Shown here one piece after another: positions 1 through 7,844 of a stretch of 32,000 nucleotides of DNA (position 1 is the stretch's first letter; the number at the start of each line of letters is the position of its first letter). The stretch is from Candidatus Thalassarchaeaceae archaeon. Lineage in GTDB: Archaea; Thermoplasmatota; Poseidoniia; Poseidoniales; Thalassarchaeaceae. The stretch is taken from contig JBJLBP010000001.1 of assembly GCA_045568075.1 (NCBI GenBank), positions 180,001 to 212,000 of the forward strand, read 5' to 3'. A model generated the notes under the pieces. The model was not told the DNA's origin. It worked only from the letters and a program-made list of their open reading frames with translations, and ran no database searches. The translations under genes were made by a program, and so were the position numbers.

Positions 1-96
1 CACTTCACAGCCAAATCTGTCCGCGGCTGCCATAGCGATTGTCGTCTTCCCTGAGCCTGAAAGTCCCGTAAACCAAACTACCTTGTTGCCCATCAT
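1..96 (-). CDS. cysC: adenylylsulfate (APS) kinase, N-terminal 32 codons only (gene continues past the window start)
   Basis: The reverse complement of 1-96 reads MMGNKVVWFTGLSGSGKTTIAMAAADRFGCEV. VWFTGLSGSGKTTIA is the characteristic N-terminal P-loop of APS kinases. The fragment is too short for the ORF track, so I translated it by hand. Confidence 0.65.
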   Translation of the reverse strand, partial: MMGNKVVWFTGLSGSGKTTIAMAAADRFGCEV

Positions 97-203
97 TACA
101 CCTTCCGGACTCGGCCGAATTAGGGCCTGTATTTCATAGCAACGGATGGTTGAGGCCCCCGTGAGAGTGTGAATTCCTATATCTGAAGGTGGAGGGGGGT
201 TCG

Positions 204-1094
204 ATGGAGGGTGTGCTGTCAGTGGTTCCAGAAGTCGGTGCCTTCCTACTCGGGGCCCCTAAATGTGGAACCACTTGGCTTGCTGATGCATTGAGCCAAC
301 ATCCAGGTGTTTGTGTTTCTGACCCCAAGGAGCCGAATATCGTCGCGAGTCACAAAGGCACTTTTCCTCGTGACGATTCCGAACCTGATTGGGAAGCTTA
401 CTCGGGTTGCTTCTCAAGTGGTGGTGTACGTATCGATTGTTCTGTTCATGCACTGGCTTGTCCGGTTGCACCCAGTCGTGTTGCTAGGTTTTGGCCAGAG
501 GCGCGTTTGGTCGTATGTCTGCGTGAACCTGTGAGCCGTACCATCTCTCATTGGAACATGATTCTAGACACTGGCGAGGATGCTGAGTTTGGTGAAGATT
601 GGTCTAACTTCGAAGTAGCCTGGGCCGATTCTCGGTTGAATTGTGATACATTGTATGGCGCCAGTGTGACGCGCTGGTTGGAGTATTTCGGTAGAGATTC
701 TATTCTCTTGATAGAGGCTAATCGTATGCGGCACGAGCCTGTTGCTGTGTTAGCTGAAGTCTGTGCCCATTTGGGTGTTGATGAGTATGCCTTTGATCTC
801 GATGCCGTGCATAATGCAAATACGGCGGCCGACCGTCGTCCAATTACCTTCTTCGGCCGCATTTTTCGCTTTACTGCCAGCCTACTACCTGGATTTCTCA
901 AAGGCCCAATCGTAAGACGCTTGCAGGCTCGCGGCACCAATGTGTACAAGATGCCGGTGCTATCGAGCGAGGCGCCGGAGAAGCGGGTGATTTCTGATGC
1001 CCAACGAGCGCTTCTGGCAGAGCAAGTGAATGCAGATCTAACCCTACTTGAGGGTGCTACTGGATTTGATGCATCGGGCTGGCGCATCGCCTGA
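204..1094 (+). CDS. PAPS-dependent sulfotransferase family protein
   Basis: ORF 189-1094. It has a 5'-PSB type P-loop (LLGAPKCGTTWL) near the N-terminus and a 3'-PB-like CLREPVSRTISHW about 100 aa later. I prefer ATG 204 over GTG 189 because a GGAGGGGGG run (191-199) lies just upstream. Confidence 0.8.
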   Translation: MEGVLSVVPEVGAFLLGAPKCGTTWLADALSQHPGVCVSDPKEPNIVASHKGTFPRDDSEPDWEAYSGCFSSGGVRIDCSVHALACPVAPSRVARFWPEARLVVCLREPVSRTISHWNMILDTGEDAEFGEDWSNFEVAWADSRLNCDTLYGASVTRWLEYFGRDSILLIEANRMRHEPVAVLAEVCAHLGVDEYAFDLDAVHNANTAADRRPITFFGRIFRFTASLLPGFLKGPIVRRLQARGTNVYKMPVLSSEAPEKRVISDAQRALLAEQVNADLTLLEGATGFDASGWRIA

Positions 1095-1111
1095 TTAGCG
1101 GCGTCTGAAAA

Positions 1112-1846
1112 TTACTGATGAGCAACCCATTCTTTGGTCCATCGCCCGTCTGCTGCGACTAGGAAAAATGGGTTGAGAACGTCCTCGACAAGGTCGTAAT
1201 CTAGAGTTGTTCCTGTTGGTCCAACCACTATACCTCCTGCCCCAGAAACCACTGCATGGGCGGCGGCGATATCCCAGCAAGAGGTTGGGCCGAATCGTGG
1301 ATAGAGGTCTGCTCCCCCTTCAGCAACAATACAGGCCTTGAGAGATGAGCCCATTCGAATTAGTTCATGCTCGCCGACAGCGGCCGCAAATGACTCATCC
1401 TTCTCGCCTCGATGCGAGCCGCTGGCGACTAATTTTACCAATCCATCACTAGCTTGGGCCATCATCGGGCCGGAACCATCTCGCCCTCTTCGTTCGGAGG
1501 TGTGTAAAGCTCCACCAAACCAAGTCGTATCTGTGGCCGGAGCGTGAACCACCCCGAAGAGAGGGGCCCATCGTGCACCATCTCGACGCATCAGCGCGAT
1601 GTTAACAGTAAACATCCCATTTCTCTTGATGAATTCCTTTGTTCCATCTAGTGGATCAACTAACCAGCAGGTGTTGCTCGATAGGGGGTCGCCAACTCGG
1701 CCTTCCTCAGATACTATAGGTGTGGAATCGATTGCCTGCAAGCCTGCTACAATGATATCGTGAGCCGCCAAATCAGCCTTAGTCAGGGGAGAGTCGTCGC
1801 CCTTTCGCGTGACTTCGATCCCCTCTGCAGCATCATAAATTTCCAT
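1112..1846 (-). CDS. cysQ: 3'(2'),5'-bisphosphate nucleotidase (PAP phosphatase), inositol-monophosphatase superfamily
   Basis: WLVDPLDGTKEFIKRNGMFTVNIALM matches the CysQ-type W-x-DP-x-DGT-KEF metal-binding motif. The 244-aa length is typical. The gene is convergent with the sulfotransferase at 204-1094, with a 17-nt gap. Confidence 0.8.
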   Translation of the reverse strand: MEIYDAAEGIEVTRKGDDSPLTKADLAAHDIIVAGLQAIDSTPIVSEEGRVGDPLSSNTCWLVDPLDGTKEFIKRNGMFTVNIALMRRDGARWAPLFGVVHAPATDTTWFGGALHTSERRGRDGSGPMMAQASDGLVKLVASGSHRGEKDESFAAAVGEHELIRMGSSLKACIVAEGGADLYPRFGPTSCWDIAAAHAVVSGAGGIVVGPTGTTLDYDLVEDVLNPFFLVAADGRWTKEWVAHQ

Positions 1847-1911
1847 GATTGCCTCGCCCGCGAGAATAGCGATATCGACGATTGCTTCAGGGTCCAGGCG
1901 GCTCCCTCCAA

Positions 1912-2505
1912 TCAGAAGTCTTGCAACTCGTCGGCCCCTGCCTCAAGTTTGGCGCGGGCCTCAGACGAAAGGTGTTGCAAGAATGGGTCTTCATCACCAA
2001 CGATGCCCTTCAATGAGGACATCGATCGCATCCAGATTTCCTGCTCTGAATTCCATTCAAGCCATCGGTCGACAAAATCGCAATGTCGCTGAACATCATC
2101 ATCATCCTCTGCGACCTTGCGGAGAATTGTGTTCGTCTGTGACAGAATCATCCCAAGTGGAGCATTCAGCTTGTAGGTAGTGAATGGGTTGCGCTCTTGA
2201 ACAACCGTAAGATGTTCTCGCCAAAGCCCGAAAGAGACGTCGTAAAACCAGCCGATTGCTAGTACGATCAATAGGACTGTGCCGCCGATACTAATGAGTC
2301 CGAGATAAGTCGGCGGTATGCCGAAAATGGCCTCCATTTCTTCGAATCGCCAACTGACTAAGGGCCACACTAGGAGGGTTAGGGTGGTGCACCAGAAGCC
2401 CATCGAGATGAGAGTCTGACTCTGTTGGATACGCCAGTATTGGCGCATGACTGCCTTCTTCAACACAAATTCTGCTCCTCGCCTTCCTCTTTCACGGTTG
2501 CGCAC
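1912..2505 (-). CDS. hypothetical membrane protein (two hydrophobic spans) embedded in the sulfation gene string
   Basis: There are two hydrophobic segments (LISMGFWCTTLTLLVWPLV and YLGLISIGGTVLLIVLAIGWFY) followed by an acidic soluble tail. It is on the same strand as, and lies between, the second sulfotransferase and cysQ. The start is uncertain (ATG 2505 or ATG 2448). I recognise no family. Confidence 0.45.
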   Translation of the reverse strand: MRNRERGRRGAEFVLKKAVMRQYWRIQQSQTLISMGFWCTTLTLLVWPLVSWRFEEMEAIFGIPPTYLGLISIGGTVLLIVLAIGWFYDVSFGLWREHLTVVQERNPFTTYKLNAPLGMILSQTNTILRKVAEDDDDVQRHCDFVDRWLEWNSEQEIWMRSMSSLKGIVGDEDPFLQHLSSEARAKLEAGADELQDF

Positions 2506-2594
2506 ACTCGTCGCGCTCGGTGGGGGTTCCTACGCAAATGTTCCATCACCATATCTCAAGGCAAAAGAAAGGGGGGTGTTTGGTACTCTGTGTT

Positions 2595-3521
2595 TCAATG
2601 TGAGATGATTAACTCAGAGTCAATGTGGGATTCGAGGTTCGCTAGGAAATCGATTTCTTCTGCGAATGCGGCTTCTAAATCAATCCGGACTTCTTCGCTC
2701 AAAGTTGGTCTAGATGCTGCCTTGGCTTTGAATCCAGGGCGGCGCAGTGGGTCGAATATCGCCTTACGTAAACGATGGGATGGGAGTAAGATTTTGGCAA
2801 GGGTGATGAGGAATTTCGGCGGTCGGCGAAGGAATTTGGCCCAGCCGGACGGATTCATGTCGCCGCCCTCATTGTGACGAGGTAGTTTCGTATTCTCAGG
2901 TAATGGTTCCAATTCAAGCCAGGTGAGTATGTCGTTGAGAGTGGCTAGTGGATCGTTCTTGATTGAGGATAGTGGAATGATTCTGACTCGGTCGCCGAGC
3001 GATTCTGCCCACTTGATTGTGGGGTGCTTTAGTCGTGGGAATGCGAGGAAGCTCCATGTTTCTGGATCGTCGGCACTCTGCTGGAAATTTCTGGCGGCTG
3101 CCAGCTCGAGCATGTCGGCTTGGCTGACATTGTAATCGACCAGTCTTTTCGAGTGTTCTTGGTGCATACTGAGCATCAAGTCGATTGGGTTTCGGAGTGT
3201 TATGATGATGCGTGCATCTGGCATTTGGTCCCTAACTGCAGCGAAGGCGCGTTCGGAGTATACATGGAATGCTGACTTGTCTAGAATCCAAGGTTCCTCT
3301 GCATACTTGTGGAAAGTAGGTTCGGGCGCGATAATGGCTGTGCCTCTTGGATGGACTGGGGCTGTTGGAAATTCTGCCGCGCCCGCCATCAAAAAATGGC
3401 TCTCATTAGGCCATGGATGGAAGATGGAATCATGGTCACGCAGCCAATGCATCAAGGAAGTGGTGCCGGTCTTCGGGCCGCCTATTAGGAGTAAGTTTGG
3501 GGTCTGATTGTACCTGTGCAT
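2595..3521 (-). CDS. PAPS-dependent sulfotransferase family protein (second, divergent copy)
   Basis: It has a 5'-PSB loop (LLIGGPKTGTTSLMHWL) at the N-terminus and a 3'-PB-like ITLRNPIDLMLSMHQ. At 308 aa it is only distantly similar to the ORF at 204-1094. Confidence 0.8.
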   Translation of the reverse strand: MHRYNQTPNLLLIGGPKTGTTSLMHWLRDHDSIFHPWPNESHFLMAGAAEFPTAPVHPRGTAIIAPEPTFHKYAEEPWILDKSAFHVYSERAFAAVRDQMPDARIIITLRNPIDLMLSMHQEHSKRLVDYNVSQADMLELAAARNFQQSADDPETWSFLAFPRLKHPTIKWAESLGDRVRIIPLSSIKNDPLATLNDILTWLELEPLPENTKLPRHNEGGDMNPSGWAKFLRRPPKFLITLAKILLPSHRLRKAIFDPLRRPGFKAKAASRPTLSEEVRIDLEAAFAEEIDFLANLESHIDSELIISH

Positions 3522-3588
3522 ACCTACCCCTCCAAGATGTCGTGTCGGGTTGGTAGCCTTGAACGCCGCGCTGTTGCGTGGGGTTCAA

Positions 3589-3816
3589 TCACTGATCGCG
3601 GAAATGGGCGATGACGCGGGGTTCGCTCGATTCTGAGGGTGAAATCTCCGTTAGAGACTCGATTTTTACGAATCGGCGAGGGGTGCCATGGCGGCTGCCG
3701 AAGTTGGAGAGAATGCGGTGTGTTGCTTCATCTTCATCGGCAGCGACGATGTCCATCGAGAATTTCTGGTCGGTTCGGCCGTTGCGGAACGTACCGCTAG
3801 CTCGGTAGGCCTTCAT
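3589..3816 (-). CDS. rplX: 50S ribosomal protein LX (eL20 / L18Ae family)
   Basis: From the internal Met, the product reads MKAYRASGTFRNGRTDQKFSMDIVAADEDEATHRILSNFGSRHGTPRRFVKIESLTEI. This follows the archaeal LX pattern (MK-x-[FY]-R-V-x-G-x-F ... GS[KR]H ... IKIE). The 37 upstream codons of ORF 3589-3927 have no counterpart in LX proteins, so I trimmed the start to ATG 3816. Confidence 0.7.
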   Translation of the reverse strand: MKAYRASGTFRNGRTDQKFSMDIVAADEDEATHRILSNFGSRHGTPRRFVKIESLTEISPSESSEPRVIAHFRDQ

Positions 3817-3959
3817 GGCGCGGCCGACCCGAGGTCGCGATATAAACACCACGAGAGGTGGTCGCCGGGAAAACCAGCGCCTGCACGATACCGGCGCTCT
3901 GCCAGTGAAGTTTCCCTCAAGGTTCAAGAATGGACTGTTAGCGATACTTTGTGATTAGG

Positions 3960-4445
3960 ATGACTAGTGGAGAGGCGGGAGTCACCGAGCCTGTCGAAGA
4001 GGCTTCGAAGGCGCGCGAAGAACTCTCTGCGCACCTCGCTTCTTTTCCAAAGGACCGTCTCGTTGAGGAAGTTCTCTCGATGTGGCACGAACTGGGTGAG
4101 GTTGAGCGGGAGTTGGCAATGGCCAGGCAACGCGCTAGGGCCTTAGATGGGGAATTGAATCAAACACGATCAAAATCTGGTGGTCGGGCTGATTTGGCTG
4201 AATTAGAAGAGCGTTTTCATGTCGCTGAGGCCCGGCGCGGCCAATTGGAAACCATGCTTGTAAACGAGCGTGAACGCCGCCGTGATCTTGAGGAAGTTGT
4301 CGGAGAGGGGAGGATTGATGAGTTGCGGCGAGAGAATGCTGCTTTGATCCGCCGAGAAGAGGAACATTTGCTTCTAATCTTAGATATGGAATCAAAAATT
4401 GATCAATTACTCGCGCTTGTCGCCGAGATGCAAAAGAGTGAGTAA
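3960..4445 (+). CDS. hypothetical coiled-coil protein
   Basis: The sequence is charged and heptad-like over its whole length (ELAMARQRARALDGELNQ..., RRENAALIRREEEHLLLILDMESKIDQLLALVAEMQ) and has no TM segment. The start is ambiguous (GTG 3951 or ATG 3960). Its stop abuts the stop of the convergent GGGPS gene. Confidence 0.4.
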   Translation: MTSGEAGVTEPVEEASKAREELSAHLASFPKDRLVEEVLSMWHELGEVERELAMARQRARALDGELNQTRSKSGGRADLAELEERFHVAEARRGQLETMLVNERERRRDLEEVVGEGRIDELRRENAALIRREEEHLLLILDMESKIDQLLALVAEMQKSE

Positions 4446-5258
4446 TTAGGAATTCATTTCTCGAATGAATTCTGTCAAAACGCCTTGTAGCTCGTCCGCA
4501 TCATCGAATGATTCTGTGAGATTGCCTGTGATTATCCAGTCAGCACCAGCCTCTACAGCGCGCCTCGCCGTTTCTCCATCGCGGATTCCACCGCCAACAA
4601 TCAATGTCAGATTGCACGACGCGCGCGCGGTGCGAATTAATTCAGGGTCAACTGGAGTGTGAGCTCCGCTTCCAGCCTCGAGGTAGAGGAGTTCGAATCC
4701 GTAGGATTGGGCTGTCATAGCGTATGCTGCCGCCCTGTCGCTTTGGCTGGCCTCGACTAAGTTCGCTTCCCCGACTTCTCCTACTCGCCCGCCTGGTGAA
4801 CATACCACGTAACCCATTGGTAGCGTCTCTACGCCTGCCTCTCGGATGAATGGGGCACCAGACAACTGTTCTTCGATAAGGAATCGGGTTTTTGTGCTGT
4901 TCATCAGCATCATGAAAGTAATTCCATCGGCTGCTGGAGATAGTGCTGCAGCTCCTGCTGGGAAGAGAACTATTGGAACTCTCCACGACTCTTCGTCGAG
5001 ATCGGAATCTTGACTTGAAGCCCAGGTGATGAGTTCTAGTGCTTCTTTGATAGCGACCACTGTGTTGTGCACATTCATCATATCAGTGCCAGTTGAGCCG
5101 CCAACGAGTACCATTCTCGAGCCGGCTGAAACTGCGGCGACGCAGCGCTTAGCCGCCATCTCAGGAGTTTGGTCTGCTGGGTCGATGAGAATGGCGTGGC
5201 GAGCGCCGTTTGAGGTGTCTGCGACGTGCCTCAAAGTCGGGCCTGCCTCTCGGACCAT
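4446..5258 (-). CDS. geranylgeranylglyceryl phosphate synthase (GGGPS, PcrB family)
   Basis: Family motifs are present: VLVGGSTGTD, FELLYLEAGSGA and LIVGGGIRDGETARRAVEAGADWIITGN (TIM-barrel phosphate-binding end). The 270-aa length fits. Confidence 0.85.
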   Translation of the reverse strand: MVREAGPTLRHVADTSNGARHAILIDPADQTPEMAAKRCVAAVSAGSRMVLVGGSTGTDMMNVHNTVVAIKEALELITWASSQDSDLDEESWRVPIVLFPAGAAALSPAADGITFMMLMNSTKTRFLIEEQLSGAPFIREAGVETLPMGYVVCSPGGRVGEVGEANLVEASQSDRAAAYAMTAQSYGFELLYLEAGSGAHTPVDPELIRTARASCNLTLIVGGGIRDGETARRAVEAGADWIITGNLTESFDDADELQGVLTEFIREMNS

Positions 5259-5349
5259 GACTCTGCGTGGTGATTGGGTGTCTAAGTGTTTCAGAGATAT
5301 TGGGTCTCATAGAATGGTTGCTGCAAGCGCTCGCCCGCGCGAGATTGCA

Positions 5350-5946
5350 TCAACGAGGGCGGTTCGTGGATCTGCGCCCTTCCATTCCATGAGTTTGCAA
5401 CCACTTCCTCCCTTCATACTGATTATTTTCTTCTTCCGACCACCAGACTTCTACCAAACCATCTGATCTGCTTCCTTCGTAGGATGATGCTTTCAGATTG
5501 CCATTATGCACACCACCAAACCAAGTATTGGATTCTGTTTCTGGTGTGGTGGAAAGAAGATGGTCTACAACAAGTTCTCTTTCAGAGGTAAGACCTGCTC
5601 CTGTTAGAAACAAGCTGGTTTTTCCCCCCTCCGAATCGATAGTTGGGTGAGTCCTCAAATGTATTACTGCGCCCCTCTCTGATAGTTTACTTGCTATTGA
5701 TTTTTCAAGCCAAGAACGACGTAAAGCGCTGCTTTCAGGATTCGGTTGTTGGGACCCTAGGTGGTGATGCCACTCTCTTGAGAATAATTCTTCGAAGTGT
5801 CCATTTAACAAGCCTGGGCCTTCTCCCATTAGTCCTGTTTCTGGGCGTTCTTCGATGAGATGTAGTTCCATTTCTGGATGTTGATCAAGAAGTGTATGAG
5901 CACAGATAAGATTGGAAAGTTCTGTACCAATAATTGCTACACGCAT
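5350..5946 (-). CDS. short degenerate geranylgeranyl-reductase-like protein (N-terminal half of an FAD oxidoreductase fold, dinucleotide motif lost)
   Basis: MRVAIIGTELSNLICAHTLL...LIEERPETGLMGEGPGL aligns by eye with the GGR N-terminus (V-V-G-G-G-P-G-G ... IEKRPEIG..CGEGL). GxGxxG is replaced by GTELSN and the Cys by Met. ATG 5946 lies 2 nt after the ferredoxin stop (TGAGAATG). Confidence 0.4.
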   Translation of the reverse strand: MRVAIIGTELSNLICAHTLLDQHPEMELHLIEERPETGLMGEGPGLLNGHFEELFSREWHHHLGSQQPNPESSALRRSWLEKSIASKLSERGAVIHLRTHPTIDSEGGKTSLFLTGAGLTSERELVVDHLLSTTPETESNTWFGGVHNGNLKASSYEGSRSDGLVEVWWSEEENNQYEGRKWLQTHGMEGRRSTNRPR

Positions 5947-5948
5947 TC

Positions 5949-6206
5949 TCAAGCAACTCCGATAGGGGTGGTTGCTCCTTTTGCTGATTCAAAGAGGAGG
6001 GCGTGGACCGGGCATGCGGGAATACAAAGTTCACAATGTGTGCAGGTTGGCTCGTCGATAATCACTAGAAGTCCAGACAAATCTAACGCATCGACTGGGC
6101 AGATCGCTACGCAAGCTGCACAACCAAAACACCTCCCTTCATTGAGGGCGAGGATTTCTCCTGGACGTTTCGCCATTGGTTGTTCGGAGAGGATAGGGGT
6201 TCTCAA
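5949..6206 (-). CDS. 2x[4Fe-4S] ferredoxin
   Basis: Two CxxCxxCxxxCP clusters are present: CFGCAACVAICPVDAL and CTHCELCIPACPVHAL. The protein is 85 aa. Confidence 0.8.
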   Translation of the reverse strand: MRTPILSEQPMAKRPGEILALNEGRCFGCAACVAICPVDALDLSGLLVIIDEPTCTHCELCIPACPVHALLFESAKGATTPIGVA

Positions 6207-6444
6207 AACTCACCCCAACCCCTTCGTTTCCTTTGGAACTGTGGAGGATGACAAAGATGCGATAGAAATCGTTGTTTCTAACTCAATTAGCGATAACCAA
6301 TCGAACTATGCCACTGGTAGCCAATAGCCATTTGGACACTTCTGGTGGAACCAATTTCTTCATTCAACCCTTCGAAAGGAAATGAGGGGGTCCCCCTACT
6401 CATTCTGCAGCGAGGTTGATGTGGAATGTGTGATTGGGTGAACT

Positions 6445-7752
6445 ATGGTCCTCTACTCACCCGGCAGGACATCGAGCTACCCAACCGATCCTGTTGACTC
6501 TGGAATCCGCATTCATTTTCTTGGTGGAGGAGATGAAGTTGGAAATGTCGGATGTGTCTTGGAAGACAAAACAGGAACTAGAATCCTAATTGATTACGGC
6601 CTTGCTCCAACCAGACCCCCACGCTATCCTTCAGAATGTCCACCAATAGATCACGCAGTGATTACTCATTCCCATATCGACCATATCGGAATGGCCCCTT
6701 GGTTGGTTGGTCATCATGGAACGAGACTTCACGGGACAACATTGACTGCCGCAGTATCTGAAATGATGTGGCGGGATACCTACAAAGTTTCCAGCATTGA
6801 AGGATATCCTCTTCCTTGGGATATGCGAGATCTAGATGCCGCCCTTGGAGCATGGGAAACTCATGACATGGGTGAATGGTTCGAAATCGGTGCCTGGCGG
6901 CTTCGATTTCATCTAGCTGGACACATTCCCGGCGCGGCGATGATAGAAATTGAAACGCCAGAGCTTCGCTTACTTTGGGGGGGCGATATGGATACTCGCC
7001 AAAATCCAAACGTCGCCGGAGCGAAACCTGTCAAATGCGACATACTGTGCATCGAATCCACTTACGGAGGGAGGGAACACCCGAATCGTCTGGAAGAAGA
7101 GGCCCGCCTCGTTGCTCGTGTCAAAGAAGTGGTAAGCCGAGGTGGTTTGGCACTAATCCCGGCCTTCGCCTCTGGGCGTTGTCAAGATATTCTGAGAATA
7201 CTTCACACCGCAGCTCCGCACCTCGAAGTACACTTCGATGGAATGGGAACTAGAGTGACGAAGCATTGGATGAACAACCCAGAGCATATCCATCAACCAG
7301 AGGGCCTGGAAAAAGTATGGCGCTGGGCACGAAAAGTCAGGAGCAAATCCGACCGTAAGAAAGCACTCGAGGCAGACGTGATCGTCACGACAAGCGGGAT
7401 GCTTGATGGGGGACCTGCGATTTGGTATCTGAATCGTCTCCGCCATGATTCAGCCAACGCGATTTTACTAACTGGATACCAAGCTGAAGGATCAGGCGGG
7501 CGTAGTTTACTCGATAAAGGCAGACTCCCTATTTTTGGAAATATAACACCAGTCGATCTCGAAGTATCTCAATTCCAACTTTCTAACCATGCAGGACATT
7601 CAGAACTCCAATCCTTCGTACGCGCGTGCGAACCTCGCCATGTGGTGTTCTTTCACGGGGATACGGAAGCAAGAGAGGCAATTAGCGCCGAATTCACTCA
7701 ACAACCAACACCTTCACTTCCATTGAACGGAACCTCTCTAAATCTCAAATAA
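6445..7752 (+). CDS. metallo-beta-lactamase / beta-CASP family ribonuclease (aCPSF2 or RNase J-like)
   Basis: It carries the HxHxDH motif (ITHSHIDHIGMAP) and later GD and H motifs (WGGDMDT, SNHAGHSEL, FFHGD). At 435 aa with no KH domains, it is not aCPSF1. Confidence 0.8.
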   Translation: MVLYSPGRTSSYPTDPVDSGIRIHFLGGGDEVGNVGCVLEDKTGTRILIDYGLAPTRPPRYPSECPPIDHAVITHSHIDHIGMAPWLVGHHGTRLHGTTLTAAVSEMMWRDTYKVSSIEGYPLPWDMRDLDAALGAWETHDMGEWFEIGAWRLRFHLAGHIPGAAMIEIETPELRLLWGGDMDTRQNPNVAGAKPVKCDILCIESTYGGREHPNRLEEEARLVARVKEVVSRGGLALIPAFASGRCQDILRILHTAAPHLEVHFDGMGTRVTKHWMNNPEHIHQPEGLEKVWRWARKVRSKSDRKKALEADVIVTTSGMLDGGPAIWYLNRLRHDSANAILLTGYQAEGSGGRSLLDKGRLPIFGNITPVDLEVSQFQLSNHAGHSELQSFVRACEPRHVVFFHGDTEAREAISAEFTQQPTPSLPLNGTSLNLK

Positions 7753-7844
7753 ACCCGGTTTTGATGGTATTCATCATAAGCCGACCGGCCTGTTCCTAAG
7801 GCACGTAGCCTACGCGCTGCGTTACAGGAAAGACAGGTGAAAAA

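Noticed and set aside
548-1087. A 179-aa antisense ORF inside the first sulfotransferase. Similar antisense ORFs occur at 9536-10087 (in apt), 25589-26071 (in the SDR) and 15672-16055 (in uvrA).
   Set aside because: Each lies opposite a CDS with strong family motifs. The products are R/S/A-rich with no recognisable motifs, which is typical of GC-rich antisense frames.
1098-1121. CTGA ... CTGATGA boxes suggestive of a C/D-box sRNA between the sulfotransferase and cysQ stops
   Set aside because: The box order, spacing and first base (C rather than R of RUGAUGA) do not fit. There are no terminal-stem or D-box partners, and the rest would lie inside cysQ.
3580-3590. A GGGGTTCAATC string resembling a tRNA T-arm/T-loop in the gap between LX and the sulfotransferase
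   Set aside because: There is no complementary 3' half of the T-stem, no acceptor or anticodon arms can be drawn, and the gap is only 67 nt. It is not a tRNA.
3817-3927. The N-terminal 37-codon extension of the LX ribosomal protein ORF
   Set aside because: LX proteins begin at the MK-x-[YF]-R motif. The extension is R/P-rich, has no homolog that I know of, and would run into the divergent promoter.
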